From the human T2T-CHM13v2.0 reference genome, Homo sapiens, in the NCBI RefSeq assembly GCF_009914755.1, contig NC_060932.1: DNA of 64,000 bases, one strand, 5' to 3'. This document shows positions 11,576 through 27,269 of the stretch, in pieces (within the stretch, counting starts at the first letter, position 1; the number at the start of each line of letters is the position of its first letter). Made by a program: the position numbers and the translations under genes. Below the pieces are notes generated by a model that had not been told where the DNA came from, made no database searches, and saw only the letters and a list, made by a program, of their open reading frames with translations.

Positions 11576-12500
11576 AAAGTCACCCAGTTTGAGGAGCAAA
11601 AATAGAAAATAGTGAAGCCATTTTAAGAGACTAATGGAATACCATCAACCGACCATCATATGCATTATTGATGTTCCAGAAAAATACAGAAAGTAACATT
11701 GAGCCAGAAACTTCTCAAGCTTTTAGAAGGAAACAGAAATCCTGATTTAGTAAGCTCAAAGATGCCAAGTAAGATTAATACACTGAGAAACATCATAATC
11801 AAATTGTCAAAAGTTAAAGAAAAACAGAATTTTGAAAGCAGCAAGAAAAAAGCAAATTGTTATGTACAAAGGAATCCCAATGACATTATCAACAAATTTT
11901 TCAGCAGAAACCTTGTAGGCCAAAAAGGAGTAAGATGACATTTTCAAAACTTTGCAGGGGCGGGGTGGAGGCGAGTAGGGGGTGGGAATCCAATTAAGAA
12001 TACTCTACCCAACAATCCTGTCTTTCAAAAATGAAGGGTGAAAAAGACTGACAAACAAAGGCTTAGTTTATCACCACTAGACATGCATTGTAAAAATTCC
12101 AAAGGGAGTTCTTTAAGATGGAGGAAGGGGATGCTAATTAGTAGCATGAAAGTATAAAGCTTACTGATCAAATGAAGAACATTTTCAAATCCAAGACACT
12201 CTAATACCGTAATGGCAATGGGTAGGTCAATTTAGTATACATTAAAACGATTTAGTATATGCTATACCTTTAACCTTTATTGTTTTAACATACACTAAAT
12301 TGACCTACTCATTGCCTAGGGTTAAAGGTTAAAGGTATAAACTTTAAACTTAGTATAAAGATTAAAACTCAACACTATTAAAAATGACTAAAGCTGCAAT
12401 AATTTAAGAGACATGAATTATGAAAAGATGTAAATTGTGACATCAAAAGTATAAAATGGGGGGAAGAGGAGTAAAACTATAGAGTTTGTGTATGTGGAGA
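11576..12500 (+). mobile_element. Continuation of old L1 ORF1 and inter-ORF region
   Basis: ORF 11699-11938 (LRNIIIKLSKVKEK) is ORF1p-like and continues the 9515-9940 piece. Confidence 0.8.
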
Positions 12501-13167
12501 GATAGAATGCTTTATGTCATGGCTTTATGTCAGAGCATGTGATCAATGTTAAACAATGTTCCATGTGCAGATGAGAAGAATGTATATTCTTTGTGTTTGT
12601 TGGCCAGGGTATTCTGTAGATATCTATTAGTTCCATTTAGTCAATTATAGTTTAAGTCCAGAAGAAAGTTAAAACCATCAAAAGTTAAAGACAAAAAAAT
12701 AGTCTTGAAAGCAGCAAGAGAAATGCAAATTGTAATGTACAATGGAACCCCAATGATATTATCAACAGATCTTTCAGCAGAACCCTTGTAGGCCAGAAAG
12801 GAGTAAGATGATATATATTCTAGACCTTGTGGGAAAAGGCCAGCTAAGAATAATGTAACTACATTAAATAAGAACCAAACAGAACTGCTGGAATTGAAAT
12901 ATTCACTACAGGAATTTCAAGATACAGTCGAAGGTTTTTTAAGTAGACTGGACAAGAGGGAGAAAAACACTAAACCTATGACTTATTAGCATTTCTAGCA
13001 GAGACTAAGAAAATGCTACCTGGAAAACATATTTGAGGGTGTAATTCAGGAAAATTTTTCCAATCTTGCTAGAGAGGTAGACATGCAGATACAAGAAATT
13101 TAGAGAACTCCTATGAGATACTATACAAGATGACCATCCACAAGGCACATAGTTATTAGAGTATCTG

Positions 13168-13582
13168 ATACAGTGTTGGCTGTTCTCTCCAAATCTCATG
13201 TTGAAATGTATTCCCAAATGTTGGAGATGTGAGGCTTGTTGGCAGGTGAATGGATCACTGGGGCAGATTTTTTCATAATGCTTTTCCACCATCCCTTTGG
13301 TGCTATCCTCATAACAATGAGTGAATTCACACAAGAGCTGGTTTTGTAAAAGCGTGTGGTATCTTCCCCCTTACTCTCTCTTGGCACCACTTTCACTATG
13401 TGACATGCATGCTACCATTTCCAACACGAGTAAACGCACCCTGAGGCCTCCCCAGACGGAGAGTAGATGCCAGCACCATGCTCGTTCAGCCTACAGAACT
13501 GTGAGCCAATTACACCTCTTTTCTTTATAAATTACTCAGTCTCAGATGTTTCTTTATAGCAATGTAAAAATGGCCTAATCCA
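13168..13582 (+). mobile_element. MSTA-like MaLR solo LTR
   Basis: ccaaatctcatgttgaaatgtattcccaaatgttggag...agaactgtgagccaattacacctc...aaatggcctaat. Confidence 0.85.
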
Positions 13583-13629
13583 CTATACAGGGTAAATGAA
13601 AGAGAAAAAAAAAACTTAAAGACAGCTGA

Positions 13630-14048
<419 letters not shown>

Positions 14049-14809
14049 TTTTAGCTTTCTTAAGGAAAAAAAAATGCCAGCAAAGAAATTCATATCCCAC
14101 CAAAGTAAGCTTCAGAAACAAAGGAGAAATAAAGTCTTTCACAGAGAAGTAAATGCTAAGAGAAGTTATTACCACCAGACTGACCCTACGAGAAATGCTA
14201 AACATGGAAACAAAATAATGGTACTTGCTAACACAAATGCACATGTGAGTACAAAGCCCACAGACACTGTAGAGCAACTATGCAATAGAGACTGTAAAGC
14301 AGCTAGCTAACAATGCTATGACAGGAACAAAACCTCTCGTATCAATATTAACTGTGAATGTAAACAACCTAAATGCTCCACTTAAAATTCATAGAGTGAC
14401 AAGTTGGATTAAAAAAAAAAAGGCCAAGCCTGCTCTCTTTAAGAGATCCATCTCACATGTAATGGCACCCATAGGCTCAAAATAAAGGGATGGAGAAAGA
14501 TTGATCAGCAAATGAAAACAAAAAAGAGATCACTATTCTTGGGTTAGGTAAAATCAAACTTTAAACCAACAACAGTAAAAAAGGACAAAGAAGGATGTTG
14601 TATAATGATAAAAGTTTCAATTCAATAGATTTATCTATCTTAAAGATGTATGTACCCAACTCCAGAGCACAGAGGTTTACAAAAACTTACTACTGGATAT
14701 AAGAAAAGATATAGGCAGCCATACCATAATAGTGGGAGACTTTACTACCCCACTGACAGCATTACCACTTCAGTCCAGAATTTCTTTGTCGGTTTTCAGC
14801 ATTAGACAC

Positions 14810-15361
14810 TGTAAGAATTAAGAGGAAAGAAACATGAAAGGTGGCTTTACAGCCAAGAACAGGTTTATTTTAGAAAACAAACGTGAGAGGTGCTTCTGGC
14901 CAAGTTAGGTCAGAGCCACACTTTCTTAAAGACTAAGAGTTTTTAAGGATTCAGAGTGTGAGAGTTTATCACAGGCTTTGACTGCTTCTGTGTCTTTTTG
15001 TTGTGCTTGTCTGGGAGGGAGCGTTGTGTGTCTGTTCCCACACGTCTTCCTGCAGCTGCAGGCATACACCCTACCCCCAATTCTGAGTCTGCTTTTAGCT
15101 TCCCTATCTTAGTGCACCTGAAGGGAAAGGAATGTACTTATTAAGGCCATTGTATGAGGGTGAAGTTTGGCAGTTACCCGGGAGACTTTCTCCCTACCTC
15201 CCTCTGTGCCTGAGCTGTCTTATCTGTGTTTTACTGTCTGCTCTTTCTGGCTGCTTATAGTTAGAAGAGAAGTGATTTCCTTGAAATACATGAGGCTAGA
15301 AAGGGAGCTGGAACTTAAAGTGGCAGTGTTTGTCCGAGACGATGGTGCTCCTGCCCTGTCA
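14810..15361 (-). mobile_element. ERV1 solo LTR (MER61/LTR20-like)
   Basis: Reverse complement starts tgacagggcaggagcaccatcgtctcggacaaacactgccactttaagttcc and ends ...cttaca; flanks gacac/gacag. Confidence 0.75.
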
Positions 15362-18300
15362 GACAGATCATCAAGGCTAACAAATTCTGGACTTAAATGG
15401 GACAGTTGACTAAATGGACCTAATAGACACCTACAGAATACTCCACCAGACAACCACATCATACACGTTCCTATCTGTGCATGAAAAACTCTATAAGGTT
15501 GACCACATCCTCTGACACAAAGCAAGTCTTGATACATTTTTAAGAAATCAAAACTATGTCAAGCATCTTCACAGACCGTGGTGGAATAAAATTAGAAATC
15601 AATAACAGGAGCTCTTAGAAATACACAAATACATACAAACTAAACAACTTGCTGCTGAACGAGTTTTGGGTAAACATCAAAATTAAAGCAGAAATCAAAA
15701 AATAATCCGAAACAAATGAAAATAGAGACATAGCATACAAAAAGTTCTGGGATACAGCGAAGGTAGTGGTAAGAGGAAAGCTTGTAGTGCTACATTCCTA
15801 CATTGGAAAGTCAGAATGATCTGAAATTAAAGCCTAATATTTCCCCAATGGAACTAAAATAATAATAACAACTTAACCCAAAGCTAGCAGAAGAAAAAGA
15901 AATAACTAAAATCGGAATAGAACTAAATGAGATTGTGATTTTAAAAATTATGCAAGGGATCAACAAAATGGAAAATTAGTTCTTTGAAAGGGTAAACAAG
16001 ATTAATTGACAGCTAGATAAACAAAGGAAAAAAGAGAGAAAATCCAAATAAGCATAACCAGAAATTACAAAGGTGACATTACAATTGATACCACAGAAAT
16101 ACAAAAGATCCTTAGAGCCTACTATGAACATCTGTATGCAAACAACTAGAAAACCTAGAGGAAATGGAAGAATTCCTGGAAATACACAGCCTTCTAAGAT
16201 TGAACCAGGAAGAATTTCCAAACCTGGACAGACCAATAATGAGTTATAAACTCAAATCAGTAATTAAAAAACTGCCAACCAAAAAAAGCCATGTACCAGA
16301 CGGATTCACAGCCAAATTTCACCAGATGTACAAAGGAGAGCTGATAGCAATTCCACTGAAACTATTCCAAAAAATCAAGGAGGAGTCCTTCCTTCATTCT
16401 ATGAAACCTGTATTATCTGGTACTAAAATCTGCCAAGGACACAAAAATACTGCAGGCCCATATCCCTCACGAATATAGATGCAAAAATCCTCAAAAAATA
16501 CTAGCAAACTGAATCACGCAGCATAACAAAAATATAAATCACCATGATCAAGTGAGACTTATTACTGGATGCAAAGATGGTTTAACATACACAAATAAAT
16601 AAATGTGATTCACCACATAATCAGAATTGAAAAGAAAAAACATGATCATCTCAATAGATGAATAGAAAAATCATTAGGTAAAATCCAACATGCCTTCATG
16701 ATAAAAAGCCTCAACAAACTAGGCATTGAAGGAATACACCTAAAAATCCTAAGAGCCATCTATGACAAACCCATGGCTAACATAACACTGAAAGGGGAAA
16801 AGTTGGAAGCATTTCATCTAAGAACTAGAACGAGACAAAGATGTCCACTCTCACCACTCCTATTCAACATAGTATTGGAAGTGCTAGCCAGAAAGCAATC
16901 AGGTAATCGAAAGAAATAAAAGGCGTCCAAATAGGAAAATAGGAAGTCAAATTATCTCTATTAACCATTGACATGATTCTATACCTAGAAAACACTAAAG
17001 ATTCCTCGAAAAGACTCAGACCTGCTAAATGTTGCCCAGAAAGTTTCAGGATACAAAATGAATACACAAAAATCAGTAGCATTTCAATATACCAATAATG
17101 TTCAAGCTGGAAACCAATTCAAGACTGCAATCTCATTTACAATAGCCACACAAAAATAAAATACCTAGGAATACATCTAACCAAGGAAGTAAATGATCTT
17201 TACAAGCACTAAAAAACCCTGCTGAAAGTAATCATAGATGACACAAACAAATGGCAAAATATTCCATGTTCATGGATTGGAAGAATCAGTATCATTAAAA
17301 TGGCCACACTGCCTAAAGCAATCCTCAGATTCAGTGCAACTCCTATTAAATTGCCAACATCATTTTTTCAAAGAATAAAAATAAAGTATTCTAAAATTTA
17401 TGTGGAACCAAAAGAGAACCCAAATAGCCAAAGCAATCCTAAGCAAAGAGAACAAATCTAGAGGCATAGCATTACCTGACTTCAAACTATAGTATAATGC
17501 ACTATAATTCAGTTGCACTGAAGCCTCAGATTCAGTGCAACTCCTATTAACTTGCCTATGTCATTTTTTCACAGAATCAAAAAGAAATTATTCTAAAATT
17601 TATGTAGAATCAAAACAGAATCCAAATAGCCAAAGCAATCCAAAGCAAAGGGAACAAATGTAGAGGCATAGCATTACCTGACTTCAAACTATAATATAAG
17701 GCTATTCTAACACAAATAACCTGGTACTGGTCAAACACACACACACATAGATCAATAGAACAGAACAGAGAACCCAGAAATAAAGGTGCACACTGATAAC
17801 CAATGGATCTTCAACAAACTCAACAAAAATAAGCAATGGGGAAAGACTCAGTAAGTAGTGCTGGGAAAACTGGCTGTGGCCATATGCAAAAGAATTTAAC
17901 TAGACCCCTGCCTTTCACCATGTGCAAAAATTAACTCAAGAAGGTTTAAAGACTTAAATATAAACCTCCAACTATAAAAATCCTAGAAGAAAATAAAAAA
18001 AAAAAACTCTTTTGGACATTGGGCCAGGTGAAGAATTTATGAGTAAGAGCTCAAAGGTAAATGTGACAAAAACAAAAATTGGCAAATGGGACTTAATCCA
18101 ACCGAAGAGCTTCTGCATGGCAAAAGAAATGATCAACATTGTAAACAGACAACCTCCAGAATGGGAGAACATATTTGCAAAATATTCATCTGACACAAAA
18201 ACTAATATCCAGATTCTACAAGGAAATTAAGTCAACAAGCAAAAAACAAATAATCCCATTAAAAAGCGGGTTATAGACACTTATCCAAAGAATACATACA

Positions 18301-18400
18301 TATGTTTGTTGGCATACAAGTGGCCAATAAACATATAAAAAATGTTCAACATCACGAATCACCAGAAATATGAAAATTAAAACCCCAGTCAGATACCATC

Positions 18401-19132
<732 letters not shown>

Positions 19133-19854
19133 ACCATCTCATACCAGTTTGAATGGTAATCATTAGAAAGCCAAACAATAACAGATGTTAGAGAGGCTGC
19201 AGATAAAACAGAATGCTTACACACTATAGGTGAGAATGTAAATTAGATTAACCTTTAAACAGCAGTTTGGAGATTTCTCAAATAACTAAAACTAGAACCA
19301 TTCGGTCCAGTAATCCCATTACTAAGTATCAACTCAAAGCAAAAGAAATCATTCTCCCAAAGAGACACATGCACTCGTGTGTTCATCACAGCACTATTAA
19401 TAACAGCAAAGTCATGGACTCGACCTAGGCACCCATCGAAGATGGACTGAATAAAGAAAATGTTGTACATATACACCATGGAAACTACACAGCCATAAAA
19501 AAGAATGAAATTACGTCCTTTGTAGCAACATGGACACAACTGAAGGTCCTTATCCTAAGCAAATTAATGCAGGAACAGATAACCAAATATTGCATGTTCT
19601 CACTTATAAATGAGAGGTAAGCATTGAGTACACATTGACATAAATGTGGAAACACTAGACACTGGGGATTCCTAAAGGGGAGAGAGAGGAAAGGGGACGA
19701 GGGCTGAAAAACCACCTATCAGGTACTGTATTCACTATTTGAGTGATGGATTCAATAGAAGCCTGAACTCCAGCACTATGCAATATAACCATGTAACAAA
19801 CCTGACTTGTACTCTCTGGATCTAAAATAAAAATTTGATTTAATTTTTAAAAAG

Positions 19855-20133
19855 GAAAGAGAACAATAGAAAAAAACTGATTGGTTAACATCAGACTACT
19901 TCAGGTTACTTTTTTTGTAAGGGTTAGAGCAGAGAAGACTTTCTTATTATGATGGAATCTCCTGTTTCCAGAAGAAAAAAGTCTGTTTGGGGATCTATGT
20001 GCTTGCTTAAAGCTTCAGGTTGATTATGTTGTATTTAGCATGAGTGACTCCATTTTGGTTTGCTCCAATCTGTTCAAGCCTAGTACGTAAGCTCAGTCTA
20101 AATCAATGGCCTTCCATCATTTTTTTTTTTAAC
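19855..20133 (-). mobile_element. Partial ERV1 LTR (MER31-like)
   Basis: agcatgagtgactccattttggtttg...agctcagtctaaatcaatggccttcc...ttaaca. Confidence 0.6.
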
Positions 20134-22330
20134 ACAAGTAAGATCTTCAAACTACCTGCTATGCCAGAGCCTCATTGGACCTAATTAAAGACTCTTTCCT
20201 GACCAATGAACAGTAGAACTTGTTTTAACCAAGATGCAAACTTATGTAATTATTTGTCTCCAGGTAGTCAGAAAATGTCAATGTTAATTCATAGGGCTAC
20301 CACCAAACTCCCCTTACTAGCAATAAAAACTTCTGACTTTTCCTCTCCAGGGAGCTACTTGGTAAATTCTTCACTCATGTGAGTTCCCTTGTCTGGCAAG
20401 TAAATAAGCTCAGTGCCTGCTTGCTTTTTCAATATTTGGATTTAGTCTTCCCTTTATAGAAAATAAGGACATGTTGTATTGTATTCTTGCACACTGAAGT
20501 CTGGGGACTACGATTCATTCAGCTCATTGTACAGGTCATCAGGCCATGAGCTGCCTGCTGCTAAAACGAACAGATGCCAATCTGAAACTTGAATATTAGC
20601 GTGTATGAAATGCCGATTGATGGAAGGAATTGCTTGCATTCCTAAAGCAAACTCTTAGTTGTTGTTGTTGTTCCTATCCCCACCATCTCTCGAAATGCTG
20701 AGATTCCAGTACTCCCTTGGCTCAGCTTTATTGTTTGCACTGAGAAAAACCCCATATGAACCTTTTAGCTTTGCAAATGTGAGGCAAAGCTATCTTCCAG
20801 AAAGTAAATGTGGAACAGCAGTTCCCTAAGCACAGCAGCTTTGGGATGACAACGGGAACGTGGGAGACCCTCAGAGGAGCCTCTCTCAGGAAAGGAGCAA
20901 AAATCAAAAGCTGAAGGATGATTTTCATAATAATATGGGCATTCACAGTAGCTTTAGGGCCGAAGTGACCATGTGAGGCCCCATATTAAAGAAGCAATGC
21001 TCCCTGCTCTCAAGAGCTTTGCTCTGACAACATAGAACTGGTAGCTGTTTTAAATGATAGTTTCCCATTATATTTTCTAACTGGTTGTATTACTTTGCTA
21101 GGGCAGGATACCACAGACTGGAAGGCTTGAATGACAGAAATTTATTTTCTCACAGCTCTGGAGGCTAGAAGTCTAAGATCAAGATGTTGGCAGTTTTGAT
21201 TTCTCCTGAGGCCTCTCTCCTTGGCTTACAGATGGCCACCTTCTCACTGTGCCTTCACAGGCACCTCTTTGTCTGTGTATTGTCTGTGTCCCAATCTCCT
21301 TTTCTTATAAGGACACAAGTCATATTGGATTATAGCCCACCCACACATTTTACCTTAATTCTCTCTTTAAAGGCCTCATCTCCAAATACAGTCACATTCT
21401 GAGGTAGTACAGGTTAGGACTTCAACATATAAATTTGGGAAGGGGCATAATTCAATACATAACATTCTACCCCTCGGCCTCTAAAATGCATGTTTTTCTG
21501 TATGCAAAATTCATTCACCTCATCTTAACAGCACCAAAAGTAGCTAAGACTTTCCAGCATCAACTCTAAGTCCCAAGTCTCACCTAAATATCATCTAAAT
21601 TAGGTATGGGTGAGATTGGAGATATGATTCATCCCCCGGCAAAATTCCCCTTCAGCTGTAAACCTGTAAAACCAGACAAGTCATCTGCTTCCAAAATACA
21701 ATGGTGAGACAGGCATAGAATAAACATTTCCATTCCAAAAGCGAAAAATCAGAAAGAAGAAAGAGGCCCCAACCAGGTCTAAAACCAAGGCAAATTTTAT
21801 CAGATGTTAAAACTCAAGGAGAATCCTCCTTGGCCCCAATCTCAATCCTCTAGACCCACAAGGCTGGCATCCCCAGCCTCTGGGCCCACCGGAGTGATGG
21901 CCCCACCCTCTCAGCCTGGAGGCAGCAACCTAACCCAATGAAACCGAGGAGGTAACCTGCCCTATGGAACCAAGGAGGAGACAACTCTGTCCCCCTAGCC
22001 TCTGCCCTCTGGGCTCATGGTGGCAGTGGCAGTCCTACTAATCTCTAGACCACCTTCAGGGTTAATCTTCCCTTTCTTGAAAAATAATGCATGTTTGCAG
22101 CCAAGTAGCTCTATTGGCCTGTCCTGTAGAAATCCCAGAAGTTAGACAGAATTATTTCATTTCATTCTGTCTTTGTCCTCTTCAGTTCAAGCTGATAGCA
22201 TTTCTGCTGAGATTACTGACTGGATCCATGAGTCACACTCATAATTTCTATATCAAAGCGTGGTCCAGCCACACACTGGGTGTTCTCTCCAGAACACCCT
22301 TTCTCATCTATTTCAATATGGATAAACTGA

Positions 22331-22977
<647 letters not shown>

Positions 22978-23169
22978 AATAAATATTTTTAAATATGAAA
23001 AACAATATGCACAGGCTGAGAACTCTAAATTTTCAAGCTTTGGTTCCTTTTTGCCTGACCATTTCTTTTTCTCAATTTATCTCTCTCCTTTCACATTTTA
23101 CTGTAAGCAGCAAGGAGAAACTAGGCCTCCCCTTTCCCCTTCAGCACTGTTTGAAATCTCCTCAGCTAA

Positions 23170-23634
<465 letters not shown>

Positions 23635-24056
23635 TAGGCTTTTTCTAATGTGCATGTCAACAATCTGCCAACCTTTACCCAGGACTCAATTCCAAAACCA
23701 ACCACTTCTATATTTTTAGATACTGGGAGTTAGGACATCAACATATGAATTTAGAGGTGACATAATTCAGCTCATAAGGATGGTTATTGCTGAATTATTT
23801 TAAAATCTTGATTGTTTTGAGATTAATCTGAATTTAGTTATTTTACTAAACTCATGTATCACTTCTAATGGTCTTTCAGTGAATTATTGGTACTCTAGAT
23901 GTATGACTATATCTGCAGTGTATATTCATACTTTTGTTCCTCTGTTTCAGTAATAATCTGAGTACTAGTCTAACTGCTTTATATATATTAACCCATTTAA
24001 CCCTCACAAAAAACCCTATGAGACAAGGTACAGGATCCCTTATCTGAAAAAAATTA

Positions 24057-24443
<387 letters not shown>

Positions 24444-24636
24444 TTAATTGCCTTGCCCAAGCTCACAGTGACTAAGGGTAGAACCGGGATTGTAACGGAG
24501 TCACTCTGCTGTATACACAACATACTCTTTCCTACCTCTTATTTCCATTTTTGCCTTTTCACATTAGTGCCGGTGTAGATTCTTTCCCAGTTGGAAAAAT
24601 GAAAATAGTGCGGAGTTTGTGAAGAATTATAAGAAG

Positions 24637-25157
<521 letters not shown>

Positions 25158-25394
25158 TTACTGACACAAATTCCTTAACTTGGAAAGAGAGGCAACAGTT
25201 GAAAACATTCCGAAGTTGGCGTATACACAGGAGACTGAGATAACAGTACAGAGCTGTGGGAATCTTCTACCATAGCAGGATTCTCAGAATACAAAGGAAG
25301 CTGGTGGAGATCGCCACGGGGTGGGTAGAGAGGTGGGCAGAGTCACACGTGGTGCCAATAACCCAAGCCTCTAGTTATCATTACCTCATGTTGG

Positions 25395-25758
25395 TGATAG
25401 GGTTTAGCTGTGTCCCCACCCAAATCTCATCTTGAATTGTAGCTCCCACAATTCCCACATGTTGTGGAAGGGACCCTGTGAAAGGTAATTGAATCATGGG
25501 GGCGAGTCTTTCCTGTGCTGTTTTCATGACAGTGAATAAGTCACATGAGATCTGATGGTTTTATAAGAGGGAGTTTCCCTGCAGAAGCTCTTTGCCTGCT
25601 GCCATCCGTGTAAGATGTGACTTGCCCTCCTTGCCTTCTGCCATGATTGTGAGGCCTCCCCAACCATGTGGAACTGTGAGTCCATTAAACCTCTTTCCTG
25701 TATAAATTACCCAGTCTCAGGTATGTCTTTATTAGCAGTGTAAAAATGGACTAATACA
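25395..25758 (+). mobile_element. THE1 solo LTR
   Basis: tgatagggtttagctgtgtccccacccaaatctcatcttgaattgtagctccc...ggactaataca. Confidence 0.9.
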
Positions 25759-26540
25759 TTATTCATGAAGGATCCACTCTCATGATCCAATCACCTCCCA
25801 TAAGGCCCCATCTCCAACATTGGGGATTACAACTGAACATGAGATTTGGGTGGGGACACAAATCCCTGCCATATCATGTCCATATAAAAAGAGACTTCTG
25901 TTTGCTCTCTGTACATGCACATACCAAAGAAAGGCCATGTGAAGCAATAGCAAGAAGGCAGCCACCTACAAGCCTGGAAAGAGCCTGCCATAATTTGGAT
26001 GTTTGTCCCCTCCAAATCTCACATTGAAATTTGATCCCCAAAGTTGGAGGTGGGTCCTACTGGGAGGAGTTTAGGTCATGGGGATGGAACCCTCATGAAT
26101 AGATTAATCACCTCCCTGGAGTTGGGGGAAGTGAGTGAGTTCTCCTTCTATTAGTTCCAAAGAGAGCTGATTGTTAAGGAGTCCAGCACCTCCTCCACCC
26201 TCTCTCTTCCCTTAGGTGATCTGCACACACCAGCTCCCCTTTGCCTTCCACCATGAGTGGAAGCAGCCTGAGGTCCCCATCAGAAGCAGATGTTGGTGCC
26301 ATACTTCTTGTACAGCCTGCAGAACCATGACCCAAATAAACCTCTTTTCTTTGTAAATTACTCAACTTCAAGTATTCCTTTATAGCAAAACAAATGGACT
26401 AAGAGAGTGCCTTCACCAGAAACAACGCTGCCAGACCTTGATCTAGGACTTTCAGTCTCCAGAACTGTGAGAAAATAAATGTCTGTTGTTTAAGCCACCC
26501 AGCCTGTGGTGCTTTGTTGTGGCACCTTGAGTTGACTTAG
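25759..26540 (+). mobile_element. MaLR cluster: inverted MST/THE1 fragment (25759-25875) and an MLT1 interrupted by MSTB (25986-26406)
   Basis: atgatccaatcacctccc...tgggtggggacacaaatcc (minus); tttggatgtttgtcccctccaaatctc...atggactaaga; agaactgtgagaaaataaatgtctgttgtttaagccaccc. Confidence 0.75.
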
Positions 26541-27052
26541 CACATATAAGGGTTCTTCTATTTTACAGATAGTCAGAGAGGCATAATTATTAAGTGGCAT
26601 GGCTGAGATTTGAAACCCAGGCAGTCCAGTTCCAGTGATTGCAATTCTAACTTCATACTTCAGTGAATGCCACCCAAATGAGCCACAAAATTCCCACCAG
26701 TCCACCCAAAGCAAGCTAAGGTTATGTAAAGGTAGCTCATAACATCTGCCACACACAAAGCAGCATTGCCTATAAATATGCCACCGGCAGCCCCAGCCAG
26801 CACTGAGCCATATCACTGTAGGGTGGCAAGCTCCCCATATAGCAAACATCCTTGGCAAAGTGTATGCTCGTTCTCTTGTTATCTACAACCATTCTGCACT
26901 TTCTCTTTATCACCTTCTCTGTAGGTGCCTCTGTAAACTCTCCCTGAGTCTTGCTGTTCAGTCTTCCCTTCTCTTTAGCCAGACCAGCTCTCCCTGTTCC
27001 TTTCATCAGAAAGAGACCAAATGACAGCTCACAGTGGCGTTTATCTTTAAGG

Positions 27053-27269
27053 CAGTAGTTCTCAACCAGGCTGATTTTGCCTCCAAGGGGACATTTGGCT
27101 ATGTCTGGAGATGTTTTTGGTTAACACGACTTGGGGGTGGGGAAGTGCTACCGACATTCAGAGGGTAGAGGCCAGGGATGCTGCAGAACATCTCACAGTG
27201 CACAAGTCGGCCTCCTACAAAGAATTATCTGACCTGAAATGTCAAAATGGCCACAGTTGAGAAACTCTG
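27053..27269 (+). mobile_element. MER20 (hAT-Charlie)
   Basis: TIRs cagtagttctcaac / gttgagaaactctg; internal ggggacatttggc...gggtagaggccagggatgctgc. Confidence 0.9.

Noticed and set aside
11957-11986. G-quadruplex-like tract ggggcggggtggaggcgagtagggggtggg
   Set aside because: Isolated, with one long loop, inside a dead L1; no functional context
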